Origin: the human T2T-CHM13v2.0 reference genome, Homo sapiens
Strand: one strand, 5' to 3'
DNA: 64,000 nt
Assembly: GCF_009914755.1 (NCBI RefSeq)
Contig: NC_060931.1
Position 1 is the first letter of the stretch. Every line of letters starts with the position of its first letter. Shown here one piece after another: positions 41,566-55,029 of the stretch. The translations under genes and the position numbers were made by a program. The notes beneath the pieces were generated by a model, which was not told the DNA's origin, did no database searches, and worked only from the letters and a program-made list of their open reading frames with translations.

Positions 41566-41584
41566 TGGCCTTCAGGTGGCGGTG
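41566..41584 (+). promoter_or_regulatory. Candidate CTCF motif
   Basis: TGGCCTTCAGGTGGCGGTG versus consensus TGGCCACCAGGGGGCGCTA; CpG retained in unique sequence. Confidence 0.45.
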
Positions 41585-42899
41585 AATAGTTTGTCCCTGG
41601 CCATTTTAATCCAATGGCCTCCAGAAGGATGGTGCCCTCACCTCTACCTTGTTAAATAGGGTGATTCCATTCTCATGTTCCCTTTGCTTTCTTCTCCCAG
41701 CAGGCTGAAAACACTTTGCCACATCGCTCCCCATGCCTCCTCCCTTTCTCTTTCTTTGCAGATTAACCACATGACAGTCCTTTCAACTCCAGTTAGTTTC
41801 TTTGGCTCCTGACCACATAGATTGGGGGAACAGTGTTTTCCTGCTTTGCGTCCTGTCACTCACACCCCTTCCTCTCCCCTAGAACTTTGCACGAGTACTC
41901 ACCATAAAACAGGAGACTCAGCTTCAGAAGACGCAACTGGGATACTGAAAGAAAAGAAATTAATGTCAAACTGTCACAGGAAAATACCTTTCTTTCCACC
42001 CCTCTTACCTCTTTGTGAACCCACTAGAATTTGGATCTCCATAGCATCTCTTGGTATGAGATGTGGCAACACGCATAACACACATTCACCCTGACGGTCC
42101 TGGATTTATGTTTTTAGATTTTACAAAAAACTTCCAGCTGTTCCTGATGGAAGCTTTGAAATGTACTCCTGATGAACATTATTGTGTTCTTTCCTTGGAG
42201 AGGGTCAGGAAAATTATAGCTTCCATTTTGGGAGGACAGTTAAAGAATCACTATCTCTAGAGGTAGAAAAATGAACTCCCTTTTCCTATCTAGGATTGCC
42301 TCTTCATATAGCCGAACGTGCTTGCAATGGCATTGACACAGGCCACAGGGAAGGACAGAAATGCAGCAACTCCACAAGTGCAGTGGGAGAAGTCTGAGAC
42401 TACAGCAGACTGAAGCCCCCATTCTCAGAAACACGACAGAGCCGAAGTAGCCAGTGACTTGGGCTCCCACCTCCAAGCCCACGTTTCCCATATGCTGAGT
42501 CCCAAACGTTTTGTCTCATTCTCTAGCTTTACTTTCTGCAGTCTGGGAAAACTCCAGTGAAAGGATGTAAGCCCAGCATGCAGGCCAGAGGTGGTGCTCA
42601 AGACTTGCTAAGTGAATCGTTAGCTGAACTCACTGACAAACCACGGAGAGATGACAACGATCCAAACTCGATGTTTTATGCAACTACTCTCATACAACCT
42701 GGGTGACATGAGGTGAAATGAGTAGCTTGGTGGGTCTCTGTGTGGGCGCTTTTCTGGGGGAAGGTTTATTAGCTCGGCAAAAAAAGCTCTCAGATCTAGA
42801 ATAGGCCCAGATGGGGGGAGAAAGAGGACTCTGACAGTTGTCAGAGTTGTTACCTTTAATTTCCTGAACAAAGTGGAAGTAGATTTACAAGACGCATCC

Positions 42900-43200
42900 A
42901 TGTAAAATAAGAACTCCTTATATATATATAATAAGATTAATATATAAAATAAGATTAATATATATAAGAACTCTCCCCATATATATATTTATGTCTCTAT
43001 ACCACATGCCCCCATATATATGTCTCTATCTCTCCGCATATAATATATGATATATATATTATAAGCTTATAAGAACATCTCATAAGCTCATAAAACATTT
43101 TCAAATATTGGAGCATATATATATATGTGTATATATATGCTCTCCATATATATGGGGAGAGAGCAAGAGAGAGAGAGAGCATCTCTTATAAGCTTATAAA
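42900..43200. repeat. TA-rich low-complexity palindromic mosaic
   Basis: (TA)n runs mixed with short direct and inverted repeats. Confidence 0.9.
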
Positions 43201-43972
43201 TGATAGCTTACCAAAAATTCTGAAAAACGTTAGAACATGAGTGAAACCTATTTCCAGTTAAATTTCAGATTCTTGGACAAATAAAAAGAAGTATGAGAGA
43301 TGTCTAGAATTATATGTATAACTCCAGTAGGAGTTTTAAAAATTGTATTAGTAGGAAAACATGCATTTATATGAAAACCTACTCTATAAGCAAATTAAAC
43401 AAAAAAAGTAGTCCCACAAAATGAGAAGATACAGCAGTGAACTGAATAGATAACTTCTTTTAGTTTTGGTTTGTTGGAACATTTTCAAATATTGGAGCAG
43501 AAGCAAGAAAGAAGTACATCTTCATGTTTGTCTATTAAGCCATGAATGAAGCACTTTCTAATCGGCACAATTAGAAGTGTTCGCTGCATGTTGTTTGCTG
43601 TCTTAGTCCCCTGTGCTTATCTGACCAAAACAGCTGTCACACATTGAGCTATCATTACCTGGTTACTGGTGGTTCTCTTCTATTAAACTATAATATAATT
43701 GTGGGTATCGTAGTCACTATTGTATCTCCAGTTGTTATCATAGCGCCTACTCTATAGGAGATACATAACAAATATCTGCTGAATAGACATCCTCTCACCC
43801 ACCAGATTACAAGTTCTATGAGACAGAAACTGGTCATATTTATTTTACTACTCATAGTGTCTGTAATAGCCTTCAAGGATAGTCACCATCTATTCCTCCC
43901 TCCCTATATGCACGTGCCTCCTTCTTGCAAGAGATGCATTTTATTTCTCCTCCCCTTGACACTGAGCTAGTC

Positions 43973-44320
43973 TTTTTTTCTTTATTTCTTCTAAAAAACA
44001 AAACAAAAATACGGGATACATGTGCAGAACATGCAGGTTTGTTACATAGGTATACATGTGCCATGTTGGTTTGCTGCACCTAGTGACCTGTCCTCTTAAG
44101 TTACCTCCCCTCACCCCTCACCCCACAACAGGCCCTGGTGTGTGTTGTTCCCTTCTCTGTGTCCATGTGTTCTTATTGTTCAACTCCCACTTATGAGTGA
44201 GAACATGCGGTGTTTGGTTTTCTGTTCCTGTGTTTGTTGAGGATGATGGCTTCCAGCTTCATCCATGTCCCTGCAAATGACATGATCTCATTCATTTTTA
44301 TGGCTGCATAGTATTCCATG
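43973..44320 (-). mobile_element. L1PA (PA8-like) 3' end, 5'-truncated
   Basis: gggatacatgtgcagaacatgcaggtttgttacataggtatacatgtgccatg...ctcccacttatgagtgagaacatgcggtgtttgg. Confidence 0.9.
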
Positions 44321-44345
44321 ACACCAAGATAGCCTTGTGACTTGC

Positions 44346-44643
44346 TTTGTTTTTGTTTAAGAGGTGAGCGCTTGCTCTGTCATCCAGGCTGGAGTGCAGT
44401 GGCACAATAATAGCACATTGCAGTCTCAAACTCCTGGGCTCAAGCGATCTCCCATCTCAGCTTCCTGAGTAGTTGGGACTACAGGCATGCACCACCATGC
44501 ACAGCTAATTTTTAAATTTTTTATAGAGGTGGGGGTCTCACTATGTTGGCCAGGCCAGTCTCAAAATTCCTGGCCTCAAGTGATTCTCTCACCTCAGCCT
44601 CCCAAAGTGCTCGGATTACAGGTGTGAGCCACTGAGCCTGGCT
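44346..44643 (-). mobile_element. AluJ
   Basis: Dimer; tgacttgcttt on both flanks. Confidence 0.88.
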
Positions 44644-44870
44644 ATGGGCTATGACTTGCTTTTTAAAAAATCTTTTTACTTTAAATAATTTTAGATTTAC
44701 AAAAAATGCCAAAAATAGTACATAGAATTCCCATGTACATTCACCCAGTTTCTACTAATGTTAACATTTTATATAACCAATGTAACATTATGTAAACTGG
44801 AAAATTAGCATTGATATAATCCTATTAGCTAATCTATAAACATTATTCAAATTTTACTGATTGTCTCACT

Positions 44871-45454
44871 TGGGTAGGCAGAATTCTAAGATGGTCCCCA
44901 AGATTCCCAGCCACACACACTGTCTCTCAGTTATCCAATCAAACACTAAGTAAGTGCTTCTATGGAAGGAATTTGTAGATGTAATGAAGGTCCAAAATCA
45001 GTTGATCTTAGTATAGAGAGACTCTCTAGGTGGGACTGAACTAATCACATGAGTCCTTTAAACCTGGGTCTAGAGGTCAAACTCATTAGGCTTCAGATTT
45101 GAAGCACAAAGGGGATTTGACATGTGGAAGTAGTCACATGGCAAGGAATGCAGGTGGCCTCTAGGAGGTGAGAGAAAACCCAAGTGACAGCCAGCAACAA
45201 AACAGGGACCTCAGTCCTACAACCACAAGGAGCTGAATTCTGCCAACAACCTGAATCAGTTTGGAAGTGGATCCATTTCCAGAGCTTCAGAAAAGAACTC
45301 AGCCAAGCCAGCTTGATTTCAGTCTTGTGATACCCTGAGTAGAGATATACCATGCTTGAATTCTGACTTAAGGAGCTGAAAGCTTATAAATGGCTGTTGT
45401 TTTAAGCCTCTAAGCTAGGAGTAATTTGCTATGCAGTGACAGAAAATGAATATA
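44871..45454 (+). mobile_element. MLT1E-like LTR
   Basis: ggtaggcagaattctaagatggtcccc...gctgaattctgccaacaacctga...gtaatttgctatgcag. Confidence 0.8.
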
Positions 45455-45872
45455 CCCACGAATGTCATTTTTTTTTTCTCATCCAGGATCAATTCCAGGA
45501 TTCCACATCACATTTAGTTGTCATTTTTTCTTAGTCTCCTCCAATCTGGGTCAGTCTCCAATCTTTCTTTGTTTAATTACCTTCAGTGTATTGTGCAGTT
45601 ATTTTGTAGAATGTCCATTAATTTGGTTTTGTGTGAAATGCTTCATTATTAGATCAGGATTATGCATTTTTGGCAAGAAATTTCAGAGGTGATTTTGGAT
45701 CTTTGCAGTATATCGTAACAGGATGTACATGATGTTGATATTGTATTACTGGTCATTTTAACTTTGATCCTTTAGTTAAGGCGGCATCTTACAAGTTCCC
45801 CTTAAAAGTCCTGGGTTTGCTTTTGTTTGTTTCTGTAATCAGTAAGTATATTTTGGGGAAATATTCTGAGAC

Positions 45873-46410
45873 TGTACTAGTTCACTTCAGCAACTGTAAC
45901 AAATTACCACACTCATGATCATGTAAAACAATAGAACTTAATTCTCTCAAAATTCTAGAGGCCAGAAGTCTTTGGATTTCATTCTGATCAATGTCATTGA
46001 ACTGAAAGAAAAGTGTTACATGGCTGTGCTCTCTGTGGGGGCTTTAGAAATGAATTCCCTTCCTCACATAGTCCAGCATCTCAAGCTGCATTCCTTTCAT
46101 TCCTTGGCCAATGGTCATTTCTTCACCTTCACAGACAGTGGTGTAACATCTTCTCTCTCTCAGTCTGCTTTCTTCCTCCTCCTTTACATGATCTTCTGTG
46201 TGCCATCAAATCTCCTTCTGCCTGTCTCTTGTAAGCAAACTTGTGGCTCTATTCAGGGCCCACCCACACAGTCCAAAATAACTCCTCCATCTCAAGATCT
46301 TTCATTTAATCACATCCATAAAGTCTTTCCCATGTAAGATAACATTTACAGATTTCAGGGATTAGATAGAATGCATTATCTTTTGAGGAGGCATTTTCTA
46401 GGATACCATA
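45873..46410 (-). mobile_element. MLT1B/C/D-like LTR
   Basis: ctgtaacaaattaccacac...ttctagaggccagaagtc...atctcaagatc...taatcacatc. Confidence 0.75.
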
Positions 46411-47717
46411 GAAAATATGCAAATATTCTGTTTTTCATTATAGTTTTGCCCACGAATTTTAGCATCTGTCTGTGATTCTTGCCTTAAACAATTATTTGGT
46501 ATTCTACTTCTATTTTTCCTGTTTTTAGATTTATTAACTGTAATTCTATTGTAAGAGTTGCCCGTTCTCCATTTGTTTACTTATTCAATTATTTATTTAT
46601 ATCAATATGGACTAGTTGATATTTGTTTTATTTTGTGGGTTATCATTTATTGTACTCATTGTTTTTTTGCTTAAATTGTCACAGATCTGGCCACTGAGAG
46701 CCTCTTCAGCATGAATTGAATGTCCTTTCAACACGCTCCTACCTTTTTAAGAACACTTTCTTACTTTCTGTCAATACAAGATGTTCAGGATCATGTTGTA
46801 TTTTTCCTACAATAGCCCTGGAATTAATCATTTCTCCAAAAAGCCCTTGTTCCTTTTACTAGAAAATGGTATTTAGAAACCAAGATCTGAATACTAGACG
46901 TGCTAATTGTTACTGGAATATCATTATGACTAGGTCCCCTTTGCAGACGAGGGAGGAAATACATGCATACACACACACCCAGCCACACATTTATATTTGT
47001 TTCTATATGTATCCTTGCACATATTTTTAAAACCACGTGCCATTTCTAAGCTAAGTCTTTAAGAGGTATGGCATCTTCCTTTTATGCTCTTGGAAATCAA
47101 CTAGCATGCTACATGTCTGAACATCATCCTCTGAAGAAGCCCAAGCTAGCTATGTGGAGAGAGAGGGGGGCCATTTGGAGGAGCACCAGTATACCAGACA
47201 TGTGAGTGAAGCTTTCTTGGATATCCAGCTTATCTTAGCAACCAAGGGAATACAACTGAATGAGTGACCCCAGCCAGTGCCACATGGAGCAGAAGAACCT
47301 GCCCATCTGAACCTTGACCAAATTTCTGACCCACATACATTGATATTGTTTTAATCCACTAAATTTTAGATAGTTTGTTATACAGTAATACATAATGAAT
47401 TGTAAACTCAGAGAGGAGTTTAACTACCTGAGTGGTTTCTGCAGTAGGTCACCTTTATAGTCCCCCCGCCCCCACCCCGCCAGTGAGCCTCACCCTCTGG
47501 TATTCACGTCTTTCAGTGATCTCCACTCTTTGTCAAACCTTGTCTGGAGGAGGCATTATGAAAGGGCAGTGTTGTTTGCTGTATGTTAACCTCTTCGGGG
47601 GAGCTCAGGATATAAATTACAGCAGTAGTGGTAGAGTAGGCGGTAAAGGATATGGAACACAAATATTAATGAGAAACTTTTGCAAGGACCTCCCAGAATA
47701 ACCTCCACGTTCTAGAC

Positions 47718-47967
47718 CAGTGGTTCTCTGGGAGGAGGGTGGCAATTTTTTCCCTCATGGGAAATTTGGCAATGTCTGGAGACATTTTTGGTTCTCATAA
47801 CTGGGGACAGCATGGAGGGGAGTGTGGGGGGAGAAGGATTGCTACTGGCATCCAGGGAGTAGAAGCTGGGGATAGTGGGTACTGATAAACATCCAGCAAT
47901 GCACAGCACAGCCCCACAGCAAAAACTCAGCCTAAAATGTCAGTAACGCTGCTGCAGAGAAACACTA
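47718..47967 (+). mobile_element. MER20 hAT-Charlie DNA transposon
   Basis: cagtggttctc...tttggcaatgtctggagacatttttggtt...gagaaacacta; 8-bp TSD ttctagac / ttctagag. Confidence 0.88.
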
Positions 47968-50900
47968 TTCTAGAGGAAGCTAATCCTTCAGGTGGGAGAG
48001 CGGGTGCCTGACCGTCCCATCTATTCATCTTTTTTTTACATTATTTAAGTTTAAGGCAGGATACAGGTGGGCTCATTGCGGTATAATTGATCCACAGATA
48101 AAACTTACCATAGTGGTTTTTTGATGAAAAATTCTTGTTCTGACTTCTTGTGAAATTCTTATTTTGGCTTCTTGCAATGAATATGTTTCTAACGTGGAGG
48201 AAGCAAAACATTCTATCTAAAGAAGATTCCTCATTAATTGTTCTTCAAATTTGCAGTTACATTAGGGACACAAGTCAAATTACAGGGAAGATCTTAGTTC
48301 TTAATATAATTAGAGAACTATAAGTTGTCCAAGCGACACTGACCAGGCCGCATCCCCCTCTGGGCCACAGTTTACTCTGATGAGTCAGGGGCTCTGAGGA
48401 CATAATTTCTAAGATCCATATTTTGAGTTCTGCCATTCTTATTTCTTTCATACTGTGGATACACAGAGAATGGAATAAGTGTAGAGAAAATAGATGGACA
48501 GTTTTGAACAGTGAAGTTTAAAGGAGAAAGAAACTTTAAATGAGGAATTAACTGTACCCCTTTTGGGTATCTGCTAACCCAGAACTGTAGGGAAGTAGAG
48601 TGTTTACAAAGTTAAGAAATATCAAGTGAGAGAATTCATACCTTCCTTGGCACACCTTCCTAACTCTTTGATGTACACACTCTTCAGATGTCTGCTCTGG
48701 AGAAGAACTGAGGTGGATTAAGGCTAAAGTGTTGAGCATGAGAGGCGTCTGAGGTCAGGGCTTGCTGACTGGGTCACAGCTGTGCAGCCTCAGCGGAACC
48801 CGGCTGATCCCTTGATCAGAACATAACAGTAACGTACCCTACCCCACTGAAAACCTGCGGATCTAGAAGTCATAGGGTCTTCTCTACAATATGGAGCTTT
48901 CAAGAGGTACTTAAGGACATGAAAAAGAGGATAAATACATGTGCAAAATATTAATCAACATTTGCAATTCTGTCCAATTGTTCTAACAAGGTTAAAATGA
49001 GGACCAAAAAACTTACCAATGAGCTTCCCATTGGAAAAAATTACTTTGCCAAAGGAAATGGTATTTTAAAGAATTGAATGGAAAAAAATATTTAAAGGTC
49101 ATATGATAGAATTTGAGCCTACAGGATGACTTTTTCTTGGCCCTAATTGTTGACTCTATAGACCTCAGCAAGTTACACCTAGAAGATACGCAATGGGAAG
49201 GGCATCTGGCAACCAGACTTCTGCACTGGTTTGTTGATTTTATTGCATTATCAGAATGTGGCCAGGCTCCCGGGCCCACCCATTCCATGTCCACATTCTT
49301 TTCCATGTCCACAGCCACCATTTTAACCTACGCCCTTCTTGCTTCCTCCTTCTCACACTTCAGTCATTCCTGCCCTTTCTTCCAAATCCAATTTTAAAAG
49401 TCAGTGGTCTAGTAAACCTTTAAAAAATTAATTCCAGTTTATTCTGGTTATAACTGATTACTCCTTTACTCAGCTCAATACTTATGCCTGACTTTATATT
49501 GCCATCAAGAGCATTGTTGAAGATTTTGTGTTTGTTAAGCTTTGGATATACAGAGAGGATTAGGACAGGTACTCAACATCAAGGAACTTAAAACCAAGGT
49601 TGGGAGGTAAGACACATAAAGTTGATGCATAATAACTCATCCTATTACCTAAGAAATGCCAGTGTTGTTGGAGTTCAGAGATGGGAATGACTCTGTAACC
49701 TGCTGTGCTTAGGAAAATAATTTTGTAGGAAATGAGCCTTCATCTTCAAAGGAAAACAAGACTCATATCAGCAGAGGCACTAAGAGTGTTACATGCAGAG
49801 GTGAGCAGGCCGTGTAGACAGGAACACCACTGGCATATCTGGAAATAGAAATCTTAAGTAAACAAATTTAGTTAAAGGAGCCATGTGGGTAGTGAAAGAG
49901 GGCCATTACATGGCAATAGATTGGAAGACTGGGAAGAAGCAGATTTCAGATGATAGCTGGGGACCTTGAAAGTCAAGAGGGTAATTTTTCTGTAGACACT
50001 ATGATGATGTTGTAGGTTTTCCACCAAGGAAATGACTCATCCAAAGCTATACCTTGTGAAGATGGCCCTGACAGTTGTGTATAGAGTGGACCAAAACTGA
50101 GCCAAAAGAACCGTCATAATCTGCCTTTGAGACAGTAGGGGCCTAGATGAGAGATAGTAGTCTTGTATGTTCCTTTATACATTTTGTTCTATATATCTCT
50201 GTTGTATTAAGTTAACTAGATTATAAATATCTTGTAAGCCAGAGACATTTTCTTTTCAGTTTTATATCATGATTCTTCTTGCCGATACAGTGCGCTGGAT
50301 TAAGTGACTGTTAGTGAGTAACTGTTGCTGTTATTATCACCCTGTAAATTTTTATCAGTCTTAGCTGCTCCAAATTAGTTATAAACATGTAGCACTGATA
50401 TGAGCACGTAAGAATTTGTGATATACAATATATTCTCTGTATAACATATTCTCTAGGGCCAAGAGTGCAGAGCCACTTTGATAGATCAATGCTGTTCAAC
50501 TGGGAATCCTAAGAGTTGTATTGGAAGATGGTGCAGGAGCCTGAGAAGCCACCACCACACTTAGTGCTCTAGAAACGTACCTCCTCATCAGGCTTCAAGA
50601 TCTATCCTTTTCTGGAAGAATATATATTTATACAAGGTCACAGTAGTGGTTATGATTAATACATGGGAGAAATTGAAGCTAAGTCTGAAAAACTCAGGCC
50701 ATCTGTCTGCCTGCTCCATGGAAAGTATCAGTCCCTGTTACAGATTTAGGCAGATCCCATATGCCACTCTGCCAAACGGCACTGCACTTAATTATGGGAT
50801 TCTCCCTGGTCAAGTTAGTCATGGCCAATTAAAATGGCGGTAGCAATTTCCTTGCACTCTGAGTTCTAGATGGTCTTTTCTACTATTAACCCTTTACTGC

Positions 50901-51499
50901 GCACATGTTTTCTTCTGAGATAGATTGGAAATTTCTTAAGGGTAGAATTTGTGTCTCACACATCTTTAGTATTCTGCTTAGCACCTGGCACAGCATAGGA
51001 AATAAGTTAGTGTTCAGGAAATAGTTGTTGAATTGGACTGTTGAGAAAACTCACTTTCTCAGAAATCTTTCTTTCAGAAATTTATTTTTCCATGGGGAGG
51101 ATGTGCTTCTGGTTTTAGTCAAAAAAGCTTGAGGACATGTTAGTGTAGTTCCATATTGTCTAAAGTTCAAAAGGTGGCAGAACAAAAGAGTGTAAATGAA
51201 ACAGCACCCAGTTGTTCAGTCCTACCCATGGCATTGATGAGGCCATATCTTCCATTCCAGGCTAATTCCTATAACTAATCATTTTTCCTTCTCCTCTCCA
51301 ACACAGTTGGAACCCCTGAATCCTTCTTAAGTACCACTTTAGACAGCCACTAGAAATCAACCTGAAGTGACACAACAAATGTGTTTTGTCATTTCAAGAC
51401 CTTTGAGGCAATAACCAGTTGCAAGTTTTTCTAAACTTCCTGTAAGTCTACAAGTGCATTCCTAATGTAGACAATAATGCTAATAAAAGCTAACCTTTA

Positions 51500-51965
51500 C
51501 AGAATCTATAAGTAATCTTCCCCTCCATCCATCTCTCCTGCAAAGATGAGTCTGTGCCAGGCTTGGCAGTCCTAGTCTCCCTGCAGTGATTATTTTAGAA
51601 TGAGCATGGGACCTAATTCTGGTCCAAGGGATGAGGGAAGCCTCCTGGAAAGCTTCTGGGAAAGTTTGCCTCACCTTTTCTTACTGAACATGAACAAGAA
51701 ATAATGCCACAGGTGGTCATAACGTTGTCCATGGGCCACCATTATGTGACCAAGACAGAGAGAAGCTTTGGAATGAAATCAATACCAAGGATAGCATAGA
51801 AGAGGGGAAAAGAACCTGGGTTTTGGACAACCCATTGAATTGTCAATCATTTTGTGCTGAAGGCTGCTTTTCTGGATTCCAACTTATATGAAACATACAT
51901 TTACTTATTGTTTTGGCCACTTTGAATTGCTTTTTGTTTGTTTGTTTCCTTTTTTAATTGCAACC
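51500..51965 (+). mobile_element. ERVL LTR (LTR16/LTR33-like)
   Basis: gcatgggacctaattctgg, gcttctgggaaagttt, aaagaacctgggt, ttattgttttggccactttga. Confidence 0.55.
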
Positions 51966-52004
51966 ATAATACCTCTGGGCAGGGGAATATTCCAACTTTG
52001 TTGA

Positions 52005-52190
52005 CATTATCTCACTACTCATAATAACTCCGTAAGATTGACACTGTCTTCATCTCTATCTCTCAGGTGGGCAAATTGAAAATTAGATTGCTTAAGTAAC
52101 TTTCCTAAGTCATAGAACCATGCATGCCAGAGCTTTCATGTGCACATAGGAAGTCAGACTCCAGAATGCCCACTCTTAAAACATTACTCT
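52005..52190 (-). mobile_element. MIR SINE
   Basis: ttaagtaactttcctaagtca...gactccaga. Confidence 0.6.
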
Positions 52191-54574
52191 TAAACCCACA
52201 CTCTTACAGCTGTCTGTCAATTTATTCCCTGGAAAGAACAGAAGGACCATACTAGAAGAAATACAGGCTGGGCATATTGAAGTTTCTAGAAAGTTATTTA
52301 AATACTTTAAAGGAAAGGGGATCCCATGTGTATACCAAGTTGAAAATATAACTTAGGTGCAAATGCCACCCATGGCTTAGAAGTCTGTGTATGAGTAGTG
52401 TTTCATTTGTCTTCTTTCCTTCTAGCAGGCTGGAAAGGAAGGAAAGCTTCACCACCATAAATCAGAGGCTCTCCAAATTCTTCCTAGGTTGTCTCAGGCC
52501 CATGGGAGGTGGGGTCGGTGTGTGGGGCTGGTGGAGGCCTTTGGGGTGGTTTGGCAGATAACCATGCTGAATGGATTGTATTTGTGCATCCATCCCAGGG
52601 CTGCTGCTTAGAGCCACAGGTTCCTGCTGTGAACAGACACTGGTTGTGCAGCCACTGCTCCTGGAGGGGCCTGTGCAGCCTGGAGCCATTCCAGGACTCC
52701 ACAGCATCCACGATCTAATTTCCCCGAGATCTTTTTTTTTCTGACAGTACCCTTTCTTAGAATTCATAAAAGCCTTTCTCTTCTTTAATATACACACGCA
52801 TTTTTCTTTTTCACTTAGAGCCTAGACAAAGTTCAAAATCATTTAAAGTTTATATCTACTCAACTTTGTTTTCAAGGAATCTCTTCTTTTTGTTTTGAAG
52901 GAATCTCTTCCTTCCTTCAACCTCTTGAAGCTTCCTTCAGCCAAAGCATGTGCCCAAATGAACAATTTCTTTTGAAACATAGCTTGTAATCAACACATTA
53001 AATAGTCTTTAGATAAAATGTAATAAACAATTTAGCAAGTGCTAAGAATACCTTTCATGTTATACCCAAATGCGTGTCTGTATGTGTTTACCAGAAATGG
53101 CATGTGATTTCAAGGTTCATTATTGGATATTTTCCCCCAAAATCATTAGTCATGGGTTCTATACATTTTGATAGCATTTTTTAGACTTCACCAGTGTAAA
53201 CGTAATTTTGACATATTCTTTAGTTTTTTGATAATGTACTGCAGGGAATTAATATGCACTCAATGAGTGGGGAGTATGTGTGTGAATGGAGTTTTTCTCA
53301 ACACACAAACATTTTCTTTTTATAAAAATTTCAAACACAGCTCTCATCTGAAAACCACTTAGTCCCAACTTTCAAAACCAAAATGATGGGAACTTCTCTA
53401 GCTAATTTACATCCCTGTGAGAGATTCTTAGATTTGTTTTTAATCTTAACCTGTATACACCAAGAGCTGACAATGAATGTAGGGACTAGATTTTGAGATT
53501 CTCAGTTCTAGAAATAAAAGCCTGGCTGAGTTATTAGATACTTGAGGGTTTACTCCATATGCTGCTGAATCTTCTTTGGTTTTATATTTCTAGAATATGC
53601 TCATCACATTAAATTGCTTCTGCACATGTGCATGTCACATATTCTGAAACGACATGGTGACAAAACCAGACATGATGAAAACACCAAAGATCTAAACAAA
53701 GCTCTAGAGTTCTACTGTTCTGTCAGATAAATGGCTATTCTACTCTTCTCTTATCCGCTTCAGATACTTCCCACTTCTAGGTGCCCCAAATGTTTCCTTC
53801 ACTTTCCCAGTGATAGAAAGTATCACATTTCTCTTTCCCTTCTTGGGGGTACTCCATTATATCTTCTTTTGTTGTTTCTTCTTCTTTTTTTAAAACCAGG
53901 GCAGGGTAGGAGTTAGGATTGAATTTTAATTTCCAGCAGTCCTTTCTACTACCTCTTATTTTTCCATTTTCATAGAATTCTGCTCTTGTTTTATGAACAT
54001 TATCTTGTTTCAGTATCTCTGAGAATGCTAATTGAAAGATTTTCTTTTTTAAAAAATATTATCTTCTGTTTCCTAGTTATTTCTGTTTTCTCTGGTGTCA
54101 CTTTTCCTGTGTTTATCTCTATTGAGCTGCAGACCTTCCCCAATTATATAGCGATTCTTCATAGTCCATTCACATCTAAGAATAAGGCAATATTGGCCTG
54201 TTTGGCATTCCTCTTTGGACAGGGCTGATTGTCTGGTAGGCTTCACTTTAGGGTGAAAACAGGAGGAGCTGACTATTGGGCTGAAAAGCCCTAGATGCTA
54301 CATTTTGGAGTGCTTTGCTCTTGGGCACCAGTACCCACATTAGCTGCTCTAGTTTTCCTTAGACAGGTTTTGCCTTGTTTAAAGGAAAATGAAGCCTGTT
54401 ATTTTTCACTTGGAAGGCAAATACTTTACCAGATATCATTCTGTGTGCAGATGTCTGGATGGGTGAATGTGGTAAAGTTCTCGGCTTTATGCTGAGCTCT
54501 CCAGGGCAGATCAACACCCTCCACCAGAAAAACCCCTGCCACCCTCCACCACACATGCACATACTTGAGAATGA

Positions 54575-54883
<309 letters not shown>

Positions 54884-55029
54884 CCTCAATCTTACTTTCT
54901 AAGTTACCACTCATCTAACCACTTTACATATTTAAGGAATTTCACAATTTTGTCTACCGATGACTTCCTTCATGTCCTGTCATTTTTAAAAATACCTTTT
55001 AATTTATTCACTATGATTTAAAACCTATT

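Larger units (their letters stand above)
44665..47035 (-). mobile_element. L1MC/L1ME-like 3' region, interrupted by two MLT1 LTRs
   Basis: tttaaataattttagatttacaaaaa, ccaggatcaattccaggattccacatcacatttagttg, agaaaatggtatttagaaaccaagatct. Confidence 0.7.
43861..47400 (+). mobile_element. MLT1 (G/H-like) LTR split into pieces (~43861-43972, 44321-44345, 47036-47400) by nested insertions
   Basis: Start motifs tttctcctccccttga...gccttgtgacttgcttt; end motifs catgtgagtgaagc, ggagcagaagaacctgccca, ttttaatccactaaatttt...tttgttatacag. Confidence 0.65.
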
